Below the pieces are notes generated by a model, which had not been told where the DNA came from, did no database searches, and saw nothing but the letters and a program-made list of their open reading frames with translations. Positions 39,000 through 51,796 of a stretch of DNA of 64,000 nucleotides are shown here, piece after piece. A program made the position numbers and the translations under genes. The stretch comes from Eledone cirrhosa (Eukaryota), in contig OZ024743.1 in NCBI GenBank assembly GCA_964016885.1, positions 9,734,001 through 9,798,000 of the forward strand, written 5' to 3'. Position 1 is the stretch's first letter, and every line of letters starts with the position of its first letter.

Positions 39000-39660
39000 G
39001 GCTGTGAGAAAAGAGCTCCATATGAAATGGTACGTGACACGGAAACATCTTAATTACCCGCTCCAAAGGCATTCGAGCTGAAAGAAGCCCAAAACTTCTT
39101 ACTCATATGGCGGAGAGGTCCGCATCTTCGTGGATGAAGAGAAGTTCGTGGGAGACGAAGTTGAAAACCGTAAAAACTCATGAGTGATAACGTACGATCC
39201 TTTCCAAATATCTTCAGCTATGTATAGCAAGAAACCGGTTTCCATTATGGTTTAGGAACTGTTGCAATTGATGGTAAATTGATGCCTTCTTATTTTATTA
39301 AAATGGGTTTTAAAATCAACACAGCAGAGTATCTCAAAATGTTAGAAGAAGTTTTGTTGCCTTGGATTAGGAAGCATTATGATGCCAGTCGAGTCATGTT
39401 TGTTCAGGACTCCACATCCGCCCATTCTTCGAAAAGGGTGCAAGAACCTTTGAAGAAGGAATTGTCAATGTTTGTCCCTAGATATATCTGGCTCTCTAAC
39501 TCGCCAGATTTGAATCTGTGTGATTTTTGGCTATGGGCGCAATTATCCAACGTATTATCCAACGCAACTTCTCACAAGTGTGTGTCTTCACTGAAGGCTT
39601 CAATCAAGCGAGCATTCGGTAAAATGAAAAAGGAATAAATAGTTAAGGCATGCGCAAAAT
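39000..39660 (+). mobile_element. IS630/Tc1/mariner superfamily DD37D (maT-like) transposase remnant
   Basis: IFVDE..; FVQDSTSAH..W..NSPDLNLCDFWLW, with exactly 37 residues between the second and third D. Stops and frameshifts; no TIRs found. Confidence 0.8.
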
Positions 39661-40536
39661 TAGATTTTTTCAAGTTATACTAATTATAAAAAAGATATTT
39701 AAAGTTGAATAGTTCTGGGCTGCTGTTTCTAGCAGTCTTTTCTTCCACGATGGACTGTATATATATATACAGCCCATTGTGGAAGAAAAGACCACTAGAA
39801 ACAGCAGCCCAGAACTATTCAATAAAATTATAAGAAACGAAAGGAGCTATTATAAGAAACGAAAGTATGGACGAAACAAGAGGAGAAAGGAAATGAAGAA
39901 AAGAAATCCTTCATCAGCTGTAAAACCGAGATCAAGATGTTTCGGCGCTAATACAAGACATCTATAAGCGATCAGCGGTGCGCCCAAGGCCTTTTCTCAA
40001 TCAAAAGACCAGGAGGGAAAGAAAAGAAAAAGGAAGGAAAAAGAAGAAAAAAAAGAAGAAAAAAGGGGGAAAGATAGTGAGGAGAGAGGAAGAAAGAGAA
40101 AAAACAGGTAAACAGACCAGATAGTGGGGGACACAGAGCAATGGAACATGCAATATATATATATAAATATATATATGTGTGTCTTGTTCCCCTCGACCAC
40201 TCAGTCTTGAACTTAAGTTCTCTTATCGAGTGGTCTTGGATTTCCTACCTATAGTTGCTCGCAGATTGCTCGGTTTGTTGTTTTTTTTCGGTGTTTTGTT
40301 ACTGTTTTCTCTTTTCTTACGCTTTGCTTTCCTTCCCTCTTTCCTTCGTTTTCCCAATAACTTATCCAGTTATTGACGCCCTGGGCGGTAGATATCTTGT
40401 CTTTAAAGACTAGAAATATCCCAGATCTCCAGTAGACAACTGATGAGGACCCCCCCCCCCCCCGTTCTTGCTTTCTTCGTATTCCCACTGCATTTTAAGT
40501 TACCTTAACTAGCAACTGCACAGCCATTTCTATTCT

Positions 40537-40601
<65 letters not shown>

Positions 40602-42050
40602 CTTCAGCCATGATGTGTGTTCCATTCCCCTCCGCGAGGAGGATGATTATATGGCACAGAAAGAGAGACACAGAAAGAGAGAGAAAATGATTGCGTAGGA
40701 TAGGAGAGATTTCCATTGCTAGAGAGTTTAAATGATTGTCCAGATGAAATTATCACCATAATTCCGAGACAACTAAATATATACGCATTCGTGTGTTTAG
40801 GAGTTGTTAGGAGTCTATTTGATAGACATTTGCCTGCTATTCCGATATATATACGCATGTATGTGTATGTGCGAGCGGGTACATGTGTATGTGCTTTGTA
40901 TGTGTATATGAGTGTGGGTCATTAGACATCGTCACAGATTTTGGCATGCAATTTAGATGTAAGGTGTCAGAAACATCACATAGATAAGTAGAAGTTTCTT
41001 ACGTAGTAAATTGCGCTACTATTTAGCCATTCTTACACAGGGAACATACCGATCTTGGAGGATAATAGACAAATCAAACTGACAACCGCCATCAGAAGAA
41101 AAACAAAATCAATTGTGCCGAGTATTGGAACATGACATAATGTAACTGTTAAAGAGCCGTTCTTTGTCTATTCGTGTGATTATATTATTCTATTTTATGT
41201 TGTTTTTTTCTTTAATCATAGTTGTAGCTAAGCACTGGAACATTAGATTTGATGATAATTACGAGAAAACTACATTTTTAATGTATTGATGCACACAGCA
41301 TTGATACAGAACATTTTTTATTTTATTTTCGTCTTCATCATATATTTTATTCGGCAATGTGACACATAGCCGTGCCTCGAACTAATTATGTAATTACAGC
41401 AATTGAATTTTAGTGTTCATGTTTACCATTGTGAATGTGTATGTATGTTTCTGTATACGTATGTATTTTTGCCCGTATGTGTGGCTATATGTGTTAATGT
41501 GTTTGTGAGTTTCCGTTCTCTACTTACCTTTGTTCAAATCGTTCAATTAAAATAATGGATTGTTTCCGTCTTGTAGATTTCCACTTAGTCTGATTGGTTT
41601 TTCAAGAAATTCTCTCAATATTGAAATAATGTTAATGTCGTCTAAATTGTAATCATGCCTGCTTCACACGGCAGAACAGTAAACATTGATGTTGAAGCAA
41701 TACTATAATTAATATTATAGTAGCCACTAGTCCATAAGTAATTATCAATAACTTTAACTCGATTATTCAGAAGAAAAAATAAAGAACGTAAACAAACAGA
41801 AAAGGGGTTGTTATCTGTTTGTAGTAAAAAGCCACGTTGAGTAGGAATATCTGATGAGAAATACAGACAGAATTACAATGTAAATGATATTTAGATAAAT
41901 TTAAAACATAAACATTTAAAGTATAACAATACCTGCCTTCACAGTTTAGCAACAACGACAAATTAGCAGGATTTGTGTTTATTGAAATCATACACAAATA
42001 GATGTTTGACGAATAAAACGATTCCGTGTATATAGAAAATCACAGCGCTA

Positions 42051-42109
<59 letters not shown>

Positions 42110-42110
<1 letters not shown>

Positions 42111-42650
42111 TAGCGCCCTGGTTGTACTGCGCTTAAATCTATTCATAAGGTCACTATTGTCAACTGTCGTAATGTCCATTTTCCTTAGAGTAATGACGTT
42201 AAAAGGTATTTAGATATCGCATAACATAATTTTAAACGTTTATGTAAAATATCTAAATGCAGAAAGTAATAAAGAAAATAATAGAAAAATACAATCTACG
42301 AAAATTATAAAACATTTACAATTTTTAGAAATGTTTCTTTGAAGGTTATGTGAGGAGTTTGTGATGTCGTCCTAGTCTGGAATATTCTACATACAATTGA
42401 CCATATGAGAAACAACTTCTAGATGATGACCGAAAACCTGTAGGGTTTAAACTTGGATCTTGTGAACGGTCGTTGTGTAACTGGCTCTCTCTGGAAATTG
42501 TGATCGTTTGAAACAAAAGGGGACATCTGCTGTTATTAGTGACATTCTAGGCATAAATGCGATGTCTCCATTACCACATCAAATGGGGATTTGGGCTTCG
42601 ATAATGTGAGGCTGTAGTCACAACCATACCTGACCCATTGAGAGAATTTG
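42110..42650 (-). mobile_element. Helitron 3' remnant (Pif1-like helicase C-terminus and CTAG end)
   Basis: Minus strand reads PHIIEAQI..GDIAFMPRMSLITADVPFCFKRSQFP..TVHKIQ..CFSYGQLYVEYSRLG. The terminus agcgc..gcgCTAG is followed by (TA)n. Confidence 0.8.
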
Positions 42651-43576
42651 TTGGTTTAATGAGGGAGAGTGTTTTGTGAGAGTGAGAGAGATTGAGGAAT
42701 GTAGTGGATTATAGAGAGTGGAAGAAAATTTGGTGGTCTAGTGAGAGAGGGGGAATTCGGAAAGTGAAAGAGAGTAAAATATGTAGTGGAATATTCAGGT
42801 GGGGAACAGAATTTGTTGTTCTAGTGAGAGCGGGGAAATTGTGAAAGAGTGTGAGGTATGTAGTGGGTTATAGAGAGGGGGAGTTAAGAGAGTGATAAAG
42901 AGTGAGGTATCTAAAGGAATAAAGAGAGTGGGAAAGAATTTGGTGGTTTAATGAGTGAGATATGTAGTGGTATAGAGTGAGGGGAAGAGAGTGTGTTGAT
43001 TTATTAAGAGAGGGGGAATTGTAAGAGAGAGAGTGTGAAATATGTAGTGAAATATAGAGAGGGGGACAGAATTTGGTGGTATAGTGAGAGAGGGGTAATT
43101 GTGAGAGAGCGTGAGTATATAGTGGGAATAGAGAGCGGGAGAGAATTTATTTGTTCAGTGAGAGAAGGGGAATTGTGAGAGAGAGTGATGTATGGAGTGG
43201 GTTATAGAGAGGGGTGAGAGTTTATTGGCCTAGTTAGAGAGGGTGAATTAAGAGAGGGAAACTAAGAGAGGTATGTAATGGAATATAGAGAGGGGAGAAA
43301 TTGGTGGTCTAGTGAGAGAGGGGAATTGTGAGAGAGATTGAGATATGTAGTGGGATAGAGAGAGAGCAGGAGAGAGTTTAGTGGTTTAGTGAGAGAGTGT
43401 GAGTTGTGAGAATGATAGAGTGAGATATGTAGTTGTACATAGAAAGGGGGAGAATTTTATTTTGTTTTATAAGAGAAGGGGAATTGTGAGAGGGAGAGAA
43501 AGAAAGGAACAGAGTTTTGTGGGAGAAAGTTTGGTGGTATAGTGAGAGAGGGAGAATATTGATCTAGTGAGAGAGA

Positions 43577-43611
<35 letters not shown>

Positions 43612-43700
43612 TGAGGCATGTAGTGGTATATAGAGTGGGTGAAAAAGGTATAATATTTTAGTGAGAGAGGGGTAATATTTTGGGAGAGAGTGAAGAATAA
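42650..43700. repeat. Degenerate GA-rich minisatellite, ~70-bp unit
   Basis: Recurring agtgagagagggggaattgtgagagagagtgaggtatgtagtggaatatagagaggg..aatttggtggt, more than 10 diverged units. Confidence 0.8.
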
Positions 43701-44519
43701 TCGTAGGAAGGAAGAAAATGTATTAATATTGGGTTTCACAGTAAAGTGGGTGCATTTATGATTGTTTAGCTTATTACTTTGTAAATAACTGCATGCTATA
43801 CTTATGGTTATATGAAACATACTTAAAAGAAATGATATAATGCATAATAAAATGTTTTATCTGATATAAATCAAAATAAACGATATATATCTTCTGTTTT
43901 AGAAATGTCTTATTCTCAGACCAAGAGGAATCTAACGACAAAATATCCTTTCGAATCTTTTCAAATTGGACGTGTAATGTTTGCCGAAAACGACCATTAA
44001 CAATTTTCTCGGATTTTTTTAACGTATTATATGCATGTATTTATGTATATCTTTGTATATGTGTGTGTGAGTTTACGTGTGGCGAAATGTGCGTGTGTAT
44101 GTGCATGTGTATGCATGTATATGTGTAAGATGTGGAAGGTAATTGGATTATATCCATAATCTCTGTGTAGCAAAGCTGCCGGTAAGAAACATATGAGGTT
44201 AGCTTTCTTTGTCTGCAGCCAAGTTAGCTCTGTTACTTAATCGTCCTATGTTCTTAATTAAATAAATGGAACACAAAGGTAGAAATTAATCAGTAAATAT
44301 ATGCATAGTCTAATGAAAGACTGTTCAATTAATTTAAATTAAATTAAATTCTATATACATAAAAATCACATGCATTTTAATCTGTCGGAAAAGATATTTT
44401 CGTTGTAGCGTAACTTGACCTGGAGTGAACAGTTTAAGTGCAGTAATATATATATATGTGTGTGTGTGTGTATGTGTGTGCGTGTATGTGTGTGCGTGTA
44501 TGTGTGTGCGTGTGTGTGC

Positions 44520-44571
<52 letters not shown>

Positions 44572-45238
44572 TCAGTGTTTGAATTCGTGTAAGCCATTAA
44601 ACATATACATTACTGCACTTGTCTGCCTATGTTTAGTCAAATACATTTGTATTCTGTTGAGAATTAATGCTGCTGCAGAGTCAATAAAAGACCCGAAGCG
44701 AATTTCTGATAGCTTTAAAAGCTGCATGAAATATTACAATAAAATATGTTTACATGTACGAATATATTTCCCCAATATATCAAACTTTTATTTTACAATG
44801 TCTTCGCATATGCATTGTTGTCGGTGAATATCTCAATGTTTGTGATAATATCAGTCATGTTTGAGCTCATATTTTCTCAACTCCCTGCGGAAGATTTCCT
44901 TCACATTTAGTGCATCATATCAGATTGGTGGAGGCCATCGCTATTCAAGCTATTGTGTGTGTTCAAAAAAATGCCGACACAAAAGATGAAGTAGAAACCG
45001 CTCACTCAGGATTGAGATCTGCTTAGGTACGAACATGCAGCAATGTCAGAAGGAATGAAGTCCTCTCCATCCGGTGACCAAGATAAATCATACTTGTTAA
45101 CCTCTTTAGACCATTAAAGCTGGCGAAATATCACAATTAATATAACTCCAAATGTGTGTATCAAATTAACAAGAGCTTAGTACAATTCTACGTCGCTCAC
45201 ACACATACACCCGTACATGCGCACCCCTCCATCATATA

Positions 45239-45357
<119 letters not shown>

Positions 45358-45479
45358 GAAAGTGTGGTAGGAATCCAGGTGGACTATAACGCACCAGAGT
45401 ACTCGATACTTGGTGCAGTAGAGTTCGGATCTAGCTGTCGAAACGGCCGGAACTCAGCCATCGGGGTCCTGACTCTTTT

Positions 45480-45562
<83 letters not shown>

Positions 45563-45636
45563 CAAAGACAATGGAAATAACAACGGAGAGACAGACACTG
45601 CCATCTCCTGAGTCATATATAGATGTATATAAAGAA

Positions 45637-45925
45637 GGCGCGTGGTTTAGTGGTTAGAGAGTTGAATTCACAATCATGAGATTGTGAGTTTGATTCCCAA
45701 CGAGTGGCGCGTTTTATGTCTCTGCAAGACACTTTATTTCACGTAACCCCAGTTCACTCATCTATAGAAATGAGTCGCCTTCCCCTTACACAACATTCGG
45801 GGTGCGGAGAGTCGTGAATGTGCATGGCCGACTGCTGGTCTTCAAGAAAACCACTTTGCTCGTGCTTGTACCTTGGATTGTAACTTTCTACATGTAACAC
45901 TCCTTGACCGAAAAGGTTCTTTTAT
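45637..45925 (+). mobile_element. tRNA-derived SINE (second family)
   Basis: A-box-like tggtttagtgg and B-box-like gtttgattcc, followed by gcaagacactttatttcacg..ccagttcactca. A degenerate relative lies near 28430-28520. Confidence 0.6.
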
Positions 45926-45929
45926 ATAA

Positions 45930-46199
45930 GGTCTGTCTAAAAGGTATTCCATCTTAGGCTAGATTGAGCTTGTAGTCCCCTTCGATATATGCCCGTTGGA
46001 CCTCCGCACACTTAGCTCAGTAATGCCCCCTTACCTTTTCGAAGAACATCTGTGATGCTTCTTCCGCAATGGCTCTGAGTTCGGGCGTCACAGTCCACAT
46101 AATGTCGCCTCGACATTAACGGCATCAATGTATGCGACTCCTCTCGACATAATCATGTCACCTGAACCCCATTACTTCCCTCGGATATAACTTTGACAA
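45930..46199 (-). mobile_element. Possible mariner transposase 3' remnant
   Basis: Minus-strand EGDY trace near the end and weak similarity to the mariner C-terminus. Confidence 0.25.
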
Positions 46200-46320
46200 A
46201 TGTATGTATGTATGTATGTATGTATGTATGTATGTATGTATGTATGTATGTATGTATGTATGTATGTATGTATGTATGTATGTATGTATGCATGTATGTA
46301 TGTATGTATGCATGTATGTA

Positions 46321-46875
46321 TGTGGTCGGGACGTTGGCGACTAAACTGGCAACCCCACCAAGGCTTCTTGGTGAGGAGGTTGACTTTGGACATCCTGCAG
46401 GACTAAAAGCAAAACCTGTCAAAGGGCAAAGGAGCTCTTAAGAGTCAATGGCCATCCAAAATCACCGGGAGAGATGACCCCTTAGCCTTTGTCAAGGCAG
46501 AATTCTAGGAGAAGGAAAACTCTGATATAACACCTGCAACCCTGATGGTATCCAATGATGTTGACTTGTTCTTCTTTTTGGTAAATATCATCTTGGTTAA
46601 GAGAGTGGGACTGGCTTTGTGCAGTGCCTTTGCTCACTATAAAAGTTTCATGGCACAGGCATTGCTTTATATCTGGAGATCTCTCTGCACTTGTCCTCAC
46701 ATGGTACCATGGGCCCAGCACTGTGTCAATAATTGTCACAAGTGTAGTGTTTGTACCAGAGTTTTCAATACGCTGGCTGGACTAAAAAGTCACACTCGTT
46801 CAGCGCATCGGTAGGCGTTCTCCTACATCGATATAAAGTAGTGGCCGTACTCTAAAACGAGTTGGCAGCCACCAT
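46321..46875 (+). mobile_element. Non-autonomous RTE-derived short element, copy 2
   Basis: Matches copies 1 and 3, with (ATGT)n on both sides. ORF 46545-46814 ends in HKCSVCTRVFNTLAGLKSHTRSAH (C2H2). Confidence 0.8.
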
Positions 46876-47009
46876 GTATGTATGTATGCATGCATGTATG
46901 TATGTATGTATGTATGTATGTATGTATGTATGTATGTATGTATGTATGTATGTGTGTATGCTCCTGGTGTATGTATGTGTGTATGTATGGTGTATGTATG
47001 TGTCTATGT

Positions 47010-49738
47010 GTGTATGCTCCTGGTGTTGCCCTGACAAAAGATTGAATGCTGCTCGTCTTAAGGATAAAAATGTGAAGAGGACACTGGAAGAAGAGATGCA
47101 GGCTGCAGATCTTGGTGAGGATTGGCCGACCCTTAAAAAGTTCGTTTATGATGTAGGCAGGCGTGTTCTGGCATTGGTGCAGAGAAAACATCAGGACTGC
47201 TTTAATAAGAATGATGTACATATAGAAGACTTGTTGGCTGATAAGAGGCGTGCTCTGTCACGCTACGGCAAAACCACGTTGCATGAGGAACTCAAGGATG
47301 TAAAATCACGTGTTAGGCGGAGTCTTTCTCAGATGAAGGATCAGTGGTGGAGTGAGAAGGCTGGTGAGATACAAACTGCGTCAGATTCCAATAACACAAA
47401 GCTATTGTACAGTCTCTTGCGTGAGGTTTAAGGACCGTCTTCTTTTCTGGTGATACCGCTTCGCAGAAAAAGTGGCAAAGAACTTCTTCGTGACTCACAA
47501 GGAATTCTACGAAGCTGGCGAGAGCACTTTGATGATCTTTTGATTTCCTCAATCTCATTCCAGAAAGTCCTGTGAAAGTAGCTCTCGCAGAACCTCCGAC
47601 GCTTGTGGAGGTTGCAGTGGCTATCTTGAAGATGAACAGTGGAAGATCTCCAGGTATGGATGGCATACATGCTGAGCTCCTACAATATGGTGGTGAGAGA
47701 CTCCTGCAACATCTTCACTCTTTGTTTGGCAGGATATGGGCTAATGAATCCGTACCTGAGGACTGTAGAGAAGCAGTAATGGTGGTCTTGTACAAGGGAA
47801 AGGGTAACAGGAATGATTGTGGGAACTACAGAGGTATATCATTGCTTTCTGTCGTGGGGAATGTTTTATGTAGGGTGCTTCTGGACCGTCTGCTGACACA
47901 CATTGCAGATTATGTTCTTCCTGAAAGTCAATCTGGTTTTCGTGCTGGACGCAGCACTACTGATATGATCTTCTCAGCTAGACAGCTCCAGGAGAAGTGC
48001 ATGGAACAAGGTTTGGATCTGTATCAGGTTTTTGTCGATCTGACAAACGCTTTCGATACTGTTAACAGAGATGCATTATGGAAAGTTCGCCAGAAACTTG
48101 GTTGCCCTGATAAGTTCCTTGCTTTAGTTAGGTCTTTCCATGACGACATGAAGGCTTGGGTTAATGTCGGAGGTAACATGTCGGAGCCTATCTCAGTAAA
48201 AAATGGAGTGAAACAGGGGGATATTCCAGCACCGTCCCTGTTTGCCATATACTTTGCAATGGTTTTCTGTATTGCATTCAGGAATTGCGAGCATGGTGTT
48301 TACATCCGATATCGAACCTCAGACAGCATATTTAACATCAGGCGCTTTGCTGCAAAGACAAAAGTATTTACATCAATCATAAGAGACCTCTTGTATGCAG
48401 ATGATTGCGATCTTGTAGCGCACACAGAGTGATATGCAGCACATTTTGAATGCTTTTTCTGACGCTTGCACTGCCCTAGGATTGACTGTCAGTCTCAAGA
48501 AAACCGTCGTCATGTACCAACCTGCCCCTGGTAAGCAGTACACTGAACCAAATATCTATGTGTATGGTAAACGACTTGGAGTGGTTGATCAGTTTGTCTA
48601 CCTGGGAAGCACTGTCAATCGATACAGCAACCTTGACAGTGAAATCTCACTTAGGATTAGGAAAGCAAGTGATGCTTTCGGAAAGCTAGAAAGGCGACTC
48701 TGGGGACGGCAAGATATATGCATGAGGACAAAGGTAAAGGTGTACAAGGCATGTGTGCTCTCTTGTCTTCTTCATACCTGCGAGACCTGGGTCACATATC
48801 GACACCACCTTAAGCAATTGGAGCGTTTCCATCAGATGTGTCTCAGACAGATCCATGGCGTTTACTGGAGGGACCACATGAGTGATGTCGAGATTTTGGA
48901 AAGCTCTATGTGTGACAGTATAGAAGCTCTTGTGCTTAAGCAACGACTCCGTTGGAGTGGTCACCTTGCCAGGATGAAGGATTCTAGAATACCAAAACAA
49001 CTCTTTTATGGAGAGTTGGTTAATGGAAAACAACCGCCACATAAACCAAAAAAAGAGGTATAAGGATTCCTTGAAAGCCTCTTTGAAAGACGTTAACATC
49101 TCTGCTGATACATGGGAAATTATTGCTGTTGATCGTAATAAATGGAGAAAGACTGTATATGAGGGAAAAGTTGCCTTTGAGGCATCTCGAATCGCATACG
49201 AGAAAGTAAAGCGGGATGTGAGGAAGGGAATTGCTGTTGCACTTCCAGACGGCGAGGGTCCCCCTATGGTCCGAACATGCAGCGTCTGTGCGAAACTCTG
49301 CCTAAGCAAAGCTGGACTCGAAAGTCATCTTCGCTGTCATAAAGTAAGACCAGTGGTTGACTACCAGGCTGCTGTTGGAGATGCTACTCATCATGCTTGC
49401 CAAACATGTGGTAAATCAGCAGGAGGGCTCAAGCGACATGCAAAAGTACACGAACTCCAACCACAGCCGGCTATTCCCAGTGAATGTTTTGGTTGCCGAC
49501 TCTGTGCAAGACATTTTAGATCATTGGCTGGGCTAAAAAGCCACATTCGATCGCAGCGCTGTTAGTTGCTATCGTGTGTGTGTGTATAGATATGTTTATG
49601 TGTGTGCGTGTGTGTATATATATATGTATATGTATATTATTATTGTTGTTGTTGTCGTTATTATTATTTTTGTTATTATTATTATTATTATTATTATATG
49701 TGTGTATGTATATATATATGTGTGTATATATATATATA

Positions 49739-49771
<33 letters not shown>

Positions 49772-49866
49772 TTCTTTTTTTTATTTTATTTTTTTTTTAT
49801 TTATTTATTAATTTTTTTTTCTCCTCGTGCAATGGCCATACTCGATAACGCGGGGGCAGCCATCAT
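47010..49866 (+). mobile_element. 5'-truncated RTE-clade LINE, disrupted RT ORF with C-terminal C2H2 fingers
   Basis: SPGMDGIHAE, NYRGISLLS, PESQSGFR, FVDLTNAFDTV, GVKQG, LLYADD, YLGS, RLRWSGH..RM..RIPKQLFYGEL. Several frameshifts; tail ggcagccatcat followed by (ATGT)n. Confidence 0.92.
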
Positions 49867-49930
49867 GTGTGTATGTATGTATGCATGCATGTATGTATGT
49901 ATGTATGTATGTATGTATGTATGTATTTAT

Positions 49931-50539
49931 GTCAGGTCACCAGTTGGTGATACTGGTAACATGTATCCCAGTACAACCTGTCTCATGGTCGGGTCGTTGG
50001 CGACTAAACTGGCAACCCCACCAAGGTTTCTTGGTGAGAGTGTGATTTTGGACATCCTGCAGGACTAAAAACAAAACCTGTCAAAGGGCAAAGGAGCTCT
50101 TAAGAGTCAATGGCCATCCAAATTCACCGGGAGAGATGACCCCTTAGCCTTTCTCAAGGCAGAATTCTAGGAGAAGGAAAACTCTGATATAACACCTGCA
50201 TCCCTGATGGTATCCAATGATGTTGACTTGTTGTTCTTTTTGGTAAATATCATCTTGGTTAAGAGAGTGGGACTGGCTTTGTGCAGTGCCTTTGCTCACT
50301 ATAAAAGCTTCAAGGCACAGGATTTGCTTTATATCTGGAGATCTCTCTGCACTTGTCATCACATGGTACCATGGGCCCAGCACTATGTGTCAATAATTGT
50401 CACAAGTGTCATGTTTGTACCAGAGTTTTCAAGTCGCTGGCTGGACTAAAAAGTCACGCTTGTTCAGTGCATCGGTAGGGGTTCTCCTACATGGATATAA
50501 AGTAGTGGCCGTACTCGAAAAAGAGTTGGCAGCCACCAT
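49931..50539 (+). mobile_element. Non-autonomous RTE-derived short element, copy 3 (longest 5' end)
   Basis: Matches copies 1 and 2 and sits in the (ATGT)n tail of the RTE. Confidence 0.8.
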
Positions 50540-51436
50540 ATATGTATGTATGTGTGTATGTATGTATGTATGTATGTTCTGCTTTTATAATTTCACAAAT
50601 GTTTGCCAATAGAGAGAGAGTCGGTTTCTTACATAGATACAAGACTCTCTGATTGGAATTTACACAACATCAACTTGGTAGATATGTATCCATGTCTGCA
50701 TGCATGCATGTGTGTGCAGGTATGAATGTTATTGCATGTGTGCATGTGTATGTTTTCAGTTGTATGTGTGCATGTGCATATGCTTTGAATCTGTACAAGT
50801 GTATATGTAGTTATTAGATGCAGAATTTTAGGAAGGTTTTACATATTTTTACTGTTCCATTAATGGGTTGTACTTGTAATTTCCTGACTAGTATGTATAT
50901 ATGTATGTATGAATGTATGTATTATGTATGTATGTTTTATTGAATAAAATGACACAAGGCCGGACTGGTGAAATTCCTTGAAAGATTTATTTCAGCAAAC
51001 ATTATGTACCTTTTTAGTGGCCAGGTTCAGTAGGATCCCGGTGTCATCATCAGGTGTATATTACATAACAGTTATATAATAAAGGAATAATGGTAAACAC
51101 AACCAGGAAAGAAAGCAGAGAAAACAATCAGAGGACAAATGAAGAGAGAAAATGTGTTTGACTTGAAGGCGATCAACAGGGACAGCTGTTGACAGTTTGG
51201 TTAACTATACGGAATTACCAGTTTTATCTAGTGGTGAACCACCAAACTTAAATGGATATATAATAGTTGTAACTAGAAGTTTTAGCTGTTAACAGCAAGT
51301 ACTCTTCGATTTGTTTAAGGCAATCACAAAGCACTCAATGGATCGAAAGTTAAAATCAAACATTAGGTTATATAAAACAAACATTAGGTTATAATAATCA
51401 AATATTAGGTTATAATAATCAAACATTAGGATATAA

Positions 51437-51616
51437 TTGTTTCTACTTTTGGCACAAGGCCAGCAATTACCCAGTACATTACTGGTACTTTATTTTATCG
51501 ACCCCGTAAGGATGAAAGGCAAAGTTAACCTCGGCGGGATTTGAACTCAGATCATAAATGGATGTAACTATGCTGGAAAGCATGTCCGACCCTCTACCGA
51601 TACTGCCAATTCACCG
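51437..51616 (-). mobile_element. Octopus-type SINE inserted in a ~20-bp tandem repeat
   Basis: Reverse-complement match to 5806-5990, with ataatcaaacattagg on both sides. Confidence 0.75.
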
Positions 51617-51761
51617 AATAATCAAACATTAGGTTATATAAATCAAACATTATATTATAAAGTGTGACACCAAGAAAACTGACCGAAGGCACCGGCTATA
51701 CATATGACATAGCTACGATAGATACAGAAAAGTTACATATGTGTGTGTATATATATATATT

Positions 51762-51796
<35 letters not shown>

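Noticed and set aside
40439-40470. CUGAUGA-GGAC..GUUC motif (also CUGAUGA on the - strand at ~39911)
   Set aside because: No GAAA box follows the putative stem II.
46321-50539. LTR retrotransposon with 560-bp LTRs
   Set aside because: The internal ORF is a non-LTR RTE. The repeats lack TG..CA ends and PBS/PPT, end in the RTE-type tail, and a solo copy with a microsatellite tail exists.
51350-51660. CRISPR-like short direct repeats
   Set aside because: A eukaryotic tandem ~20-bp minisatellite without unique spacers; the interruption is a SINE.
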